A DNA stretch of 64,000 nt from an uncultured Acidobacteriota bacterium (GTDB lineage Bacteria > Acidobacteriota > Thermoanaerobaculia > Gp7-AA8), in contig CAWGHO010000002.1 of assembly GCA_963822445.1 (NCBI GenBank), positions 1,184,001-1,248,000 on the forward strand. The letters are read 5' to 3'. Shown here piece by piece: positions 33,379 to 44,782 of this stretch. The notes beneath the pieces are model-generated. The model made no database searches. It was given only the letters and a program-made list of their open reading frames with translations, and was not told the origin of the DNA. The position numbers and the translations under genes are program-made. Numbering within the stretch: position 1 is the stretch's first letter; each line of letters starts with the position of its first letter.

Positions 33379-35181
33379 TCACCGAACCTCGAACTCGACG
33401 GCGTAGACATGCGTGTCATCGGCCCATTCGTTCTCGGACCGGATCATGTCGCGCGTGGCTTCGACGAACTGCATGAAGTAAATGGGCTCGGTCCTCGCGC
33501 GCACGCGGATGGCCAGCTTGTACGTGCCGGGTTTCGTCATCAGCTTTGCCGGCACTTTGTAGGGAGCGACGCGGGTACCGAGAGGCGGGATACTTCGTTT
33601 CTCCATCCGCGCGAGGGGAGGGTGATTGAGCAGCGAGGTCGGTGTGCCGCCGGGACGGATGAACGGCCGCTGATCGACATCCAGGTTGATCGGCAGATAC
33701 ATCTCCCGATCCGTTCCCTTCACGTTCGTGGTGATGAACTTCGCCTGCATGTTCACGAGCTGGTCGTCGTGAGGGATCTTGCCGGCGCGGACGTCGAGCG
33801 ACTGCAGGTCAGCCATGTCGCCGTGACTGTCGACGTAGCCCGATTCCCAGATCCGCTTGCCGTCAGGATCGATGAGGGCCACGTTGATCCACAGTTCGGG
33901 CTGTGCGCCGAGGGAGCCCGAGGGGAGGTTGTGACCCTTATTGAGATTGGTGAGCTTGTACTTGAAGGACAAGGCCTTGCCGACCGACGGGCTTCCATCG
34001 AAGAACGGCCCATCGAGCCTGGAGGCTCCCTCCAGGAGTTTCAGGCGCTGCTCCTTCCGCTCGTACCATCTCTTGATGTTCTCCGACACGATCTTCCAGG
34101 CCATCTTCCGTTTGGCGGGGTCCTGCCATTCGGGTGGGAAGGTTGCCGCGGCCGCACCGCTGCTCTCGAAGGCGTCGTCCCCCCACTTGTCGCGGTAGTT
34201 GAACGTCAGCCACTGCTGCGGCGTGAACGGTGAGTCCTCCATCCGGAAGGGGAAGAGACCGGGATGGCTGATGGGGTAGCCCGGACCGACGAACGTGTGG
34301 TCGGTCAGCGGCCGCTGGTCGTTGACGTAGTGTCCCTCGGCGCAGGTGAACTTTCCGTCGGAGCCGAGCTTCACGCCGTTGACGCACGCTGCCCACCCCT
34401 TGTCGTACCCGGCGTTCTTGCCCGGGTCGACGCTCATGTGGCACTGCTGGCAGGTGATGTTTTCCTTGCGCGCGGGAGAGGCCCGGTACTCTTCCCAGAC
34501 CGTCTCGAGCTTGATGCCGGGATGGACTGCGACCTGGTGGCAGGTCACGCAGAACTCCGACGCCCGGAGCAGGTCGGACTGGACGGCCGCCTGGTGCATC
34601 CGGATCCATTTCTTGCCGTCGGCCTCCGCCGGCCGGTCGGGCTGGTCGGGGCTGACCAGAATCCCCAGCCGCATCGCTTCGCTGATGGCCTTGATGCCGC
34701 CGGTGGTGTCGAAGGGGCCGAAGACGGCTTCGTGGATGCTGCCCGGCGTGATCCTGCGCGCCCCGTTGACCTTGCCGTAACCCTCACCGGCACGGTGGCA
34801 GGTCACGCAGGTGATGCCTTCGCGCGAGGCCGGGCTGCGGTCCCACCAGGCGATGTCGCGTCTCTCGCCCAGGGACGTTCCGACGCTGGCGTGGCAGCGC
34901 ACGCAGAACGAGCCGATGGTGCCCGACGCCAGGTCGTTGATCTTCTGCTCGAACTTGTTGAACATCGGCGAGACGCTGGCGTACGCGTGCGATGAGTTGC
35001 TCCACTGCTTGTACTGATTGGGATGACACTCGCCGCACATCCGCGCCGACGGATATTGCTCGTTCGCTGTCGCCCAGGCGTGCGGGTTGTTCTCCGGCAG
35101 CGGGTTGGGAAGCTGCTGGCCCGTGGCAGGGCTCAGCATCGTCAGCAGAAGGACGGCGACCACCAATCCGGCTCTACGCAT
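33379..35181 (-). CDS. Periplasmic pentaheme c-type cytochrome
   Basis: Signal peptide; five CxxCH motifs (CGECH, CVRCH, CVTCH, CVTCH, CQQCH); RBS GGGAG. Confidence 0.92.
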   Translation of the reverse strand: MRRAGLVVAVLLLTMLSPATGQQLPNPLPENNPHAWATANEQYPSARMCGECHPNQYKQWSNSSHAYASVSPMFNKFEQKINDLASGTIGSFCVRCHASVGTSLGERRDIAWWDRSPASREGITCVTCHRAGEGYGKVNGARRITPGSIHEAVFGPFDTTGGIKAISEAMRLGILVSPDQPDRPAEADGKKWIRMHQAAVQSDLLRASEFCVTCHQVAVHPGIKLETVWEEYRASPARKENITCQQCHMSVDPGKNAGYDKGWAACVNGVKLGSDGKFTCAEGHYVNDQRPLTDHTFVGPGYPISHPGLFPFRMEDSPFTPQQWLTFNYRDKWGDDAFESSGAAAATFPPEWQDPAKRKMAWKIVSENIKRWYERKEQRLKLLEGASRLDGPFFDGSPSVGKALSFKYKLTNLNKGHNLPSGSLGAQPELWINVALIDPDGKRIWESGYVDSHGDMADLQSLDVRAGKIPHDDQLVNMQAKFITTNVKGTDREMYLPINLDVDQRPFIRPGGTPTSLLNHPPLARMEKRSIPPLGTRVAPYKVPAKLMTKPGTYKLAIRVRARTEPIYFMQFVEATRDMIRSENEWADDTHVYAVEFEVR

Positions 35182-35351
35182 AAGGCTCCCTCTCGTCATG
35201 CAGCCCAATGGTCAGTCACAGCTAACGGCCATACAGCTTTTCGGCCGCACCGCATTAAGAATTCTTGTGATTGTTTAAGGAACTTTATCACTACTGGCCG
35301 TGACTCTTCCCATCAGTTAGTGCGCACGTCGTCTCGTTCGTTACAGATTTA

Positions 35352-37169
35352 TCAGGCGACCATCGCCGCCGGCGTCTTCTTCGCGTCGGCGAGGATCACG
35401 TCGGCCGCTTTCTCGGCAATCATGTAGATCGGTGTGACGATGAAAAATCCGGGGATGCGCGGAAATACCGACGCGTCGACGACGCGCAGGTTCTCCACGC
35501 CGATGACGCGAAAGTTGCTGTCCACCACGGCGTTCGGATCGCTGGCCCTGCCCATCGGATTCGAGCAGGAGGCGTGATGCCCCCAGGCGTTGTCGCGGAC
35601 GAACTCGCGGACCTGATCATCGCTTGCCTTCTCGGATCCTGGGATGACCTCTTTTTTGATGGCCGTGTTGTGCTTTGAGATCCTTCGGACGAACCGGACG
35701 CCTTCCACGACGGCGTCAAGATCGCGTTTGGCAGTGACCGGCTCGTCGAAATACCTGAAGTTGATCTCCGGCCGCTGCCGCGGATCGGATGACGCGAGCC
35801 GCACGTAGCCGGTGTTTTCCGTGTGGGCCTTCAACACCAGCCAGGTGAGGAAGTTCTTCGTGCGCTCGGTCTCTTTGGAGTAGCCGCGGAAATAGCCGTG
35901 GAACTTGCCGGCCACCGCAAACATGAACAGATCGGGATCGGAACGGTCCGGCGATGATTTCTTGATTACCGCCAGCAACGCTCCGTTGGTCGTGTAGACG
36001 CCCCTTCCGTTCTGCCAGTCGACGTAACAGGGATCGCCGGCCTGATTGGGCAGCGGCGGCGCGAAGGTGGCGTTCTTCAGGATCTTCCAGTCCTGCTTCA
36101 TCTCGCTGACGACGCCGATTTCGTAGCGGTCCTGGAGGTTCGTGCCCACGCCGGGACGATCGGCAATCACCGGAATTCCGAATTGCTGGAGATGCGCGGC
36201 CGCTCCAATTCCCGACAGCATCAGCAGCTGCGGTGAGTTGAACGCGCCACCGGCGAGGATGACCTCGCGCGAGCAGTAGTACTTCCTGATCTCGTACGTG
36301 TTCGTGCTCGATGCTTTCGGGTCGGCGTCGTAGAGGTGCTGGCCTTCCCAGCACTCGACGCCGATCGCGCGCTTCCTTTCGTCGAACAGAATCTTCGCGG
36401 CCAGATTGCTTTGCCGGATGACGAGCTTCTGCGGCCACTTCGCACGAACGCTGTTGATCAACTCCCGCGTGCCGGCGCGGCGCCCTTTGAGCGTGGCCAG
36501 CGGCGCGAAGGCCACCCCTTCGAATTTCGGGTGACGCCAATCGTTCGGATCCTGCGGAAGCCTGGGAAGAACGCCACCGACGCCCTCCTTCCACGCGGCC
36601 AGGATCGCGTCGAAAACGGTTTGCACGACGGCGGGATCGCCGAGGCCGAGGGTGAGATCGAAGCCGGTGGTGGTGAGCCAGCCCTTGCTGCCGTGGCGGG
36701 AAGCGGCCTGTTGGACCGGATCGGTGACGTACTCGCAGCGCTCGATGTCCTCGAAGTACTTCCGCATCTTGTCCGGCGCCCAGGACGCGTCGCCGGTGAG
36801 ATCGGCGATGAACTGCCAATCGCTGTTGTGCGGAACCACGGTGATCATGGCGTGGTGCTGGGTGCAGCCGCCCAGCGTGCCCGCACGCGGATAGAACACA
36901 CCGCCCTTGTCCGGGTCGTACTTGGGGTCGCGTTTGGAGCGCTGCTCGTCTCCGTAGTGTCTGGGGAAGAACTCCCAGGAGATGTCGGGATGCTCACTCG
37001 CGAACGCATGGAAGACCGGCACGTTGTACCAGTCCTGTTCCGGCGCCTGTCCGGCCTCTATCAGCCCGACCTTGTATCCCGCTTCGGCGAGGCGGGCCGC
37101 AACAGGCCCGCCTCCCGCACCGGACCCGATCACGATGTAATCGAAATCGGGGTTCTGCGGAGATCCCAT
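35352..37169 (-). CDS. GMC family FAD oxidoreductase
   Basis: IGSGAGG, YPRAGTLGGC, GGAFNSPQLLMLSGIG, WGHH, LRVVDASVFP. Confidence 0.95.
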   Translation of the reverse strand: MGSPQNPDFDYIVIGSGAGGGPVAARLAEAGYKVGLIEAGQAPEQDWYNVPVFHAFASEHPDISWEFFPRHYGDEQRSKRDPKYDPDKGGVFYPRAGTLGGCTQHHAMITVVPHNSDWQFIADLTGDASWAPDKMRKYFEDIERCEYVTDPVQQAASRHGSKGWLTTTGFDLTLGLGDPAVVQTVFDAILAAWKEGVGGVLPRLPQDPNDWRHPKFEGVAFAPLATLKGRRAGTRELINSVRAKWPQKLVIRQSNLAAKILFDERKRAIGVECWEGQHLYDADPKASSTNTYEIRKYYCSREVILAGGAFNSPQLLMLSGIGAAAHLQQFGIPVIADRPGVGTNLQDRYEIGVVSEMKQDWKILKNATFAPPLPNQAGDPCYVDWQNGRGVYTTNGALLAVIKKSSPDRSDPDLFMFAVAGKFHGYFRGYSKETERTKNFLTWLVLKAHTENTGYVRLASSDPRQRPEINFRYFDEPVTAKRDLDAVVEGVRFVRRISKHNTAIKKEVIPGSEKASDDQVREFVRDNAWGHHASCSNPMGRASDPNAVVDSNFRVIGVENLRVVDASVFPRIPGFFIVTPIYMIAEKAADVILADAKKTPAAMVA

Positions 37170-37182
37170 GCATCTCCTCGAT

Positions 37183-39421
37183 TCAGAACGTCTTGATGTA
37201 CTCGATCAGCGCGCGCTTGTCGGCGTCGGGCAGATCGGTGCCGAAGTAATGGCCTTTGTCCTCGATGAAGTCGGGGCAGGAGTTCAGGCCGTAGAGCTCC
37301 TTCACGACGGGCGACTCCAGCCAGCGTTTCGTAGCCGCGTCTCCGGTCAGCCCTTCGCTCTTGATGGCCTTCATCACCTTGACCGTGTCGAGGAGCAGGT
37401 GGGCCAGATCGCCTGCCTTGCGCACGCCGCCGAGCTCGAGGTTCGTGTTCGCCAGCAGGTTCACCGGCGTTCCTTTCGGGATCGGTCCGAACGCGAAGTA
37501 CTTCGCACCGGTGACCGGATCGGTTTCCATGTTTTTCCGCAGCAGACGCCGCAACGGTGGCGATGGAGGTACGAGTCCGGCACCTTCAGCCAGCTCTCCT
37601 CGGTGGTCAGCCACAGAGACGTCGATTGCCCTTCCGCGCCATCCCTGTTGCCCGCCGCGCCGGAGCGCTTCTCCGGCCAGAGCATCTTGGTGATGCCGTC
37701 GTTGAAAGCTTCCATCCGTTCATCGACGGAGACGCCGTGCACGTGCTTGCCGACGACGTTGTGATGCAGGTAGGGCGCGGTAGCCCAGATGCTGACGAGC
37801 GTGGGCGGACGGTAGTAACCGCGGCCGCCGCCGGGGACTGTCCATTTGCTGTTGGTCTTGGTGATCGGATCCCACACGTCGATCGCGCCGACGGGCGGAA
37901 GGGTCTTGTAGGTCTCGGACGAGAAGTTGTCCCAGATCTGTCCTCTCATTCCGTTGGTCGCCACCGCGCGCTGGGCATTGGTTTTGACTTCAGTCACGGG
38001 GATGCGCTCTTCGCTGCCGAGGTGGTTGCCGGTCGAGGAAGTCGGAATCCATGACCGATTTCTCGAAGAAGGCGACTCCCGCGGCGGAGTTCGGATCGAC
38101 GCCTTGGGGCGGGCGCTTGCTCGAGTGGCAGCGGGCGCAGTTGCGCGCGAACGTGAGCTTGCCGCGATCGAGCAGCGCCTGATCGGTGCTGATGTACTTG
38201 CGGCCACCGGTCGCATCCGCAAGCTTGTGCGGCTGGGCGAACTTGACGAGGTAGCCCGCGAGGTCGGGCGCGGCGCGCTCGCTCCAGTTCCAGGCCGGCG
38301 AGTTCTTCTGCGCGATCTTCACCTGAATGGGGGTCTGCTTCTTGATGCCGATGAGCGGCTTGAAGTTCGTCGTCCAGTGCTCCCAGTACTCGCCGATGTT
38401 GAGGTACACGCGCGAGAGCGCACCGTGGAAGCCGACCGAGTCCGCGCCCTCTTTGAGAACGCGCGGCGCGAGCACGGTGTCCGGTTGCCCGGCCACCAGC
38501 TCGAGATTCTTCAGGTCGAGTGCGCCGCCGGTGAGCTTCTCCGGAACGGCCACAGCCGATGCGCCCGGGAGGGGCGAGGTTGTAGACCGCATTCATCGTT
38601 CCGGGGTTGTTCAGGTAGTCCGTGGCGATGAACGCCGTGTCCAGCGAGCCGGCCGGATTCGACAGCAGCAGCTGCTTGACGAAGTTCTTCGAGTCCAGCT
38701 CGTGGCCGAACACATTCCAGATCTTCAGGTAGTGCTGGCCCACGTAGTCGGAGAAGTTGGCGAAGTCGGCGGGCTCGTTCGGATCGGCCGGCGGATTCAC
38801 CGGATCGGGCCCGACGTGGCAGAACGAGCAGGCCATTCCGACCATGTAGGGGCGCTCGAGTTCCTTGTTCGTGTAGTAGTTCGGATCGTTCCAGTAGCGG
38901 TTCGCATCCCACTTCGCGGGATCGAATTTCGGGTTCTTGAACAGGCGCAGGCCCATGACGCCGCTGGAGATGCCGTACGTCGGGATGTCGAGGCGCTTGT
39001 CGATGTCGAACTTCGAGCCGGGCTCGCGCGGCACGTCGATGTGCAGGCCGTACTCGTTCGGCTGCGACGGCTGCATGTAGCCGGGCTGGTTGAAGATGCC
39101 GTAGGTCTGGAAGCGCCGGTTCCTCGGCGAAGCGATCATCTTCAGCAGATCGCCGGTGCCGAAGCCGTACTTGGCGAGCCAGTTCCAGAACCCGGCGTTG
39201 TCGCCCGACCAGAGGTTCCAGATCACCCGGCCGTTGATGTCCGACTGGGTGAGGGGGACGGGCCGTCCCTGAACGTTCATCCCCGGGAACGGGTCGAAGT
39301 CGACGTACTTGTAGTCGACCACCCAGGTCTGCTTCACCTGCTGGCTCGCGCAGCCGGCCAGAGAGGCGATCAGAATCGGGACGAGAAATCCGACGAGTGT
39401 GCGATGACGGAATCTCCGCAT
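37183..39421 (-). CDS. Di-heme cytochrome c lipoprotein, RoxA/cytochrome c peroxidase-related; three apparent frameshifts (~38560, ~38031, ~37565)
   Basis: Lipobox LAGC; CSFCH and CARCH; YYRPPTLVSIWATAPYLHHN; ends GHYFGTDL..ADKRALIEYIKTF; assembled from four overlapping ORFs. Confidence 0.8.
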
Positions 39422-39587
39422 AGGGCCTCCGATGAAGCTGAATTGTTTTACCGAGTTACTAGAGGAGAGCCACAAGGGAGGAAATCCCTACCCTCGCTCT
39501 TTCCTGATAGGTAGTGACGATCCCGGCCTCAGCGTTTCATGGCCAATGGAATACTGCTTACCCCGACCCTGTATGAAACTCGGCCGT

Positions 39588-40343
39588 ATGCCCAACGATC
39601 TCAGTGACATCCGCGCACTTCTACCCCAGGCCGCGAAACTGGCGAAGCCGCCGATCTCGAACTTCCATGTCGGCGCGGTCTGCCGCGGAACGACGACCGG
39701 CAATGTCTACCTCGGCGCGAACGTCGAGTTCGCCGGCGAGGCGCTGAGCTTCACCGTGCACGCCGAGCAGGCCGCCATCACGAACGCCTGGATCAACGGC
39801 GAGGCCGGCATCGACCTCCTCGCGGTGACCGCCGCGCCATGCGGCTACTGCCGTCAGTTCCTCAACGAGCTGTCCACCGCCGCGACGATGCAGATCTCGA
39901 TCGGCGACGAGGACACCCATCCTCTGTCGTACTTTCTCCCGCAATCGTTCGGCCCGAGCGATCTCGGCGTGACCGGCGGGTTGATGACGCCCGCGAACAA
40001 CGAGCTGACCATCGCCGAGACCGATGACCTCGCGCAAGCCGCCCTGCGCGCGGCGAACATGAGCTACGCGCCGTACTCGAAGTCCTTCGCCGGCATCGCC
40101 CTGCGCACCTCCGGCGGCCGCATGTTCCTCGGCCCGTACGGCGAGAACGCGGCATTCAATCCCAGCATCTCGCCGCTCGAAGTCGCGCTGTCCGCACTCA
40201 ACGTGAACGGCGGCGACTGGAGCCAGATCGAAGAGGTGGTCCTCGTGCACACCGAGCCGTCGCTGCACGCGAGCGCCACCCGCACCGTCCTTGCCGCAAT
40301 CTCGAGCGCGCCGTTGCGCACCATCATCGCGCGCCCCGCCTGA
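39588..40343 (+). CDS. cdd: Cytidine deaminase (two-domain, homodimeric type)
   Basis: PISNFHVGA, GANVE, HAEQ, PCGYCRQFLNEL, SYAPYS, ENAAFNPS. Confidence 0.93.
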   Translation: MPNDLSDIRALLPQAAKLAKPPISNFHVGAVCRGTTTGNVYLGANVEFAGEALSFTVHAEQAAITNAWINGEAGIDLLAVTAAPCGYCRQFLNELSTAATMQISIGDEDTHPLSYFLPQSFGPSDLGVTGGLMTPANNELTIAETDDLAQAALRAANMSYAPYSKSFAGIALRTSGGRMFLGPYGENAAFNPSISPLEVALSALNVNGGDWSQIEEVVLVHTEPSLHASATRTVLAAISSAPLRTIIARPA

Positions 40344-40354
40344 AGGAGTCTTGA

Positions 40355-40651
40355 ATGGAAAACCAGCCGCAGCAGACCATCCGCATCCTCATCGACGATC
40401 AAGTCGCGCAGGGCGAGTACGTGAACTTCGCCAACATCATCCACTCCCAGAGCGAGTTCATCATCGACCTCGGCCGCGTCGTCCCCGGCCGCACGGACGT
40501 GAAGATCTACAGCCGGGTGATCCTCACGCCGCTCCACACCAAGCAGCTCCTCGAAGCGCTTTCGCACAACCTCGCGCTTTACGAGCAGAAGTTCGGCGAG
40601 ATCCGCCCCGATCCCGCGTCGCAGTTTTCGTCGAACGAGCCGTCGAACTGA
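40355..40651 (+). CDS. Small conserved protein (DUF3467-like)
   Basis: GEYVNFA..HSQSEFIIDL, SRVILTPLHTK, YEQKFGEI. Confidence 0.85.
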   Translation: MENQPQQTIRILIDDQVAQGEYVNFANIIHSQSEFIIDLGRVVPGRTDVKIYSRVILTPLHTKQLLEALSHNLALYEQKFGEIRPDPASQFSSNEPSN

Positions 40652-40657
40652 TGTCAC

Positions 40658-40815
40658 GGGAAGACCGACGGGGGGCCTCCGGCGGGCCGGCCACGGGCCG
40701 GCAGGCGCTGGTTGTGCCTTCTGCCGCGCTCGCGGTAGCTAGCTCGAATCGTGTTCACGCGAACATCAGCGCTGCCGGCCGTGCCGGCCCGCCGGAGGCC
40801 CCCCGGTCGGTCCCC
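40658..40815. mobile_element. ~150-bp MITE/REPIN-like element (copy 2, inverted relative to copy 1)
   Basis: Arms gggggcctccggcgggccggc / gccggcccgccggaggccccc; interior reverse complement tcgcgtgaacacgattcg...aggcacaaccagcgc matches copy 1. Confidence 0.7.
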
Positions 40816-40817
40816 GC

Positions 40818-42120
<1,303 letters not shown>

Positions 42121-42137
<17 letters not shown>

Positions 42138-43446
42138 ACTTCTCGTAAAGCAGCGTGTGACGTGAGTCCGTCGGGATCTCTTCACCATTGATGAACACGC
42201 GGCGCACGTTCGTGCGGATCTCCAGCGGGTCGCCGTCGGTCACGATCACGTTCGCGCCTTTTCCAACTTCCAGCGAGCCGAGCTTGTCGGCCACGCCCCA
42301 GATCTCGGCGGGGTAAATCGTGATCGCCTTCAGCGCGGCATCCTTCGGCAGGCCGAATGCGGCCGCGGCGGCGGCGTTGTACGGAAGGTTGCGTGCGTTG
42401 TGCGCGTCCTGCGTCTGAATCGCGAAGCGGATGCCGTTGTCGTGCAGGACCTTCGCGTTGGTGAAGAGAACGTCGTACGGATCGTCCTCGCGCTGCGGCA
42501 GCGATAGCGTCGGGCCGAGGATCACCGGGATGTTGCGCGATTTGAGGTCGGTGACGACGCGGGCCACGTCGTTCGCGCCGGAGAGAATCATCTTCAGCTT
42601 CATCTCGTCGGCGAACTCGATCGCCGCTTTGATGTCGCGCGCCTGACTGGCGTGCATGACCACGGGAACGCGTCCTTCCACCACCGGCACGAGCGCTTCG
42701 AGCATGAGATCGCGATCGAAACGCTTCACGTTCCTGTCGGTTGCACGAGCCTTCGCGGCCTTGCCGTACGCGGCTGCGTCGCGCAGCACGTCGCGCAGCT
42801 TGTCGAGCTCTTTCGTGTAGTTCTTGCGAAGGTCCTTCTCCGCTTCCTCGTCCTGCGGCACTTCGACGAGCGGCGCACCGCGCAGGCGGGGAAAGCGGAT
42901 GTGCATCGCCAGCGGCGCCTTCACGGTCATCTCCCGCGGCGTCCATCCGGCGAGCTGCACCAGCGCGCTCTGCCCGCTGATCACGCCACCATCCGGAACG
43001 ACGACGACGTGCGTAATGCCGTTCACGCGCGTGACTGGAATGACCTCTGTGTGCGGGTTGATGGCCACCGCGGTCATGGCGTTCGGATTGAAGTCGCCGA
43101 TTTCTGTGGTGTCGACCGTGCCGGGAACCGCGTCGATCTCCGTGAGGCCGACGTTCGTGCCAGAGTCGATGAGACCGGGGTAAACCGACAGTCCCGTTCC
43201 GTCGATGACCGTCGCGTTCGCGGGAACGCTCACGTTCGCGCCGACGGCGGTGATCAGGCCGTTCGAGAAAACGATCGTGCCGTTGGCGATCGGCGCCGAC
43301 GTGACTGGGTAGATCGTCGCGTTGCGGATCGCGTAGGTTCCGCGGTTTCCGGTGCTGTTGACGATCGTCGACTGCGCGAATGCGCTTGCGGCGAAGAGCA
43401 GAGCGCCTGCGGCAAACAGAACATGGACCAGCGCTGCCTTACGCAT
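42121..43446 (-). CDS. Exported amidohydrolase-family protein lacking the N-terminal HxH
   Basis: Signal peptide; [16 protein letters not shown]; GSLEVGK; start at MRKAAL. Confidence 0.88.
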
Positions 43447-44782
43447 TCGGCTTCTCCTTCTTGTCGCCGGCCGTCTTCTTCTTCGCGTCGGCATCGTCCT
43501 TCTTCAGGCGATCCTCCTTCTCCTTGCGCAAGGCCTCGCGCTGGGCGAGATCGCGCTCGCGATCGAAGTAGATCTCCCCTTCGATGAACGTCGTGTCGAC
43601 GCGCGAGTAAGTGGACAGCGGATGACCGTTCCAGATCGCGAGATCGGCGTCCTTGCCGACCTCGATCGAGCCGATGCGGTGATCGAGGCGCAGCTGTTTC
43701 GCAGGATTGATGGTGCAGAGCTGCAGCGCTTCTTCTTCGGTGAGGCCGCCGTACTTCATGGCCTTGGCGGCGTCGAGGTTGAGATGCCGCGCGAGCTCGT
43801 CGGAATCGGAGTTGACGCTGGTGAGCACGCCGTTCCGCACCATCAGGGCGACGTTGTACGGCGTCGCGTCATACGCCTCGGCCTTGTAGCCCCACCAGTC
43901 GATGAACGTGCCCGCGCCGGCGCCGTGCTCGCGGATCTCCTTCGCGACTTTGTAGCCCTCGAGCACGTGCTGCAGCTCGCGGACCTTGAAGCCCATCTCG
44001 TCGGCGAGGTCGAGGAGCATCACGATCTCGTCGGAGCGGTAGCTGTGCGCATGGATGTCAATTTTGCCGCGCAGGATGTCGGCCATCGTGTCCATGAGGA
44101 TGTCTTTGCGCGGCGGGATCGGCGACTCGCCTTTCTTGCGGCGGGCCTCGTAGTCGTCCCACTCGGCCATGTAATCGCGCGCGTCGGTGAAGGACTTGCG
44201 GATCACTTCCTCGACGCCCATGCGCGTGGCCGGGTACTGCCGCGGCACACCCTCGGGCGGCCGGAAGTTCGAGGATTTTGGATTCTCGCCGAGGGCGAAT
44301 TTGATGGTGCGGGGGGCGTCGGCGACGATCCAGTCCGACGCGGGACGGCCCCACTTCCATTTCACGATCTGGCTCTGACCGCCGATCGCATTCGCCGAGC
44401 CGTGAAGGATCAGCGCGGCGGTCGTGCCGCCGGCGAGCTGGCGATAAGCGGAGACGTCATTCGGATCGAGGACGTCGCTGATGCGCACCATGCCGCTGTT
44501 CGGCACCGTGCCTTCGTTGACCTGTCCTTCCACGCCGGCGTGCGAGTGCGTGTCGATGATGCCCGGCAGCACGAACTTGCCCGTGCCGTCGATGACCGTC
44601 GCGTTTGCGGGCGCGCTGACGTTGCGGCCGACCGCGGCGATCTTCGAGCCGCGGATGAGGACCGAGCCGTTCTCGATGGTTCCTTTGGTGACGGTGAGAA
44701 TGGTGGCGTTGCGGATGAGGGTGACGCGCTCCTGGGCGAGGAGGGGAAAGGTGATGGCGATTGCCAGCAGCGTGCGTTTCAT
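43439..44782 (-). CDS. Exported amidohydrolase-family protein with intact metal ligands
   Basis: Signal peptide; [36 protein letters not shown]. Confidence 0.9.
   Translation of the reverse strand: MKRTLLAIAITFPLLAQERVTLIRNATILTVTKGTIENGSVLIRGSKIAAVGRNVSAPANATVIDGTGKFVLPGIIDTHSHAGVEGQVNEGTVPNSGMVRISDVLDPNDVSAYRQLAGGTTAALILHGSANAIGGQSQIVKWKWGRPASDWIVADAPRTIKFALGENPKSSNFRPPEGVPRQYPATRMGVEEVIRKSFTDARDYMAEWDDYEARRKKGESPIPPRKDILMDTMADILRGKIDIHAHSYRSDEIVMLLDLADEMGFKVRELQHVLEGYKVAKEIREHGAGAGTFIDWWGYKAEAYDATPYNVALMVRNGVLTSVNSDSDELARHLNLDAAKAMKYGGLTEEEALQLCTINPAKQLRLDHRIGSIEVGKDADLAIWNGHPLSTYSRVDTTFIEGEIYFDRERDLAQREALRKEKEDRLKKDDADAKKKTAGDKKEKPNA

Noticed and set aside
35182-35351. Riboswitch (e.g. 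Moco or c-di-GMP) in the AT-richer gap upstream of the cytochrome
   Set aside because: I could not identify the conserved motifs by eye; an Rfam/Infernal scan would be needed.
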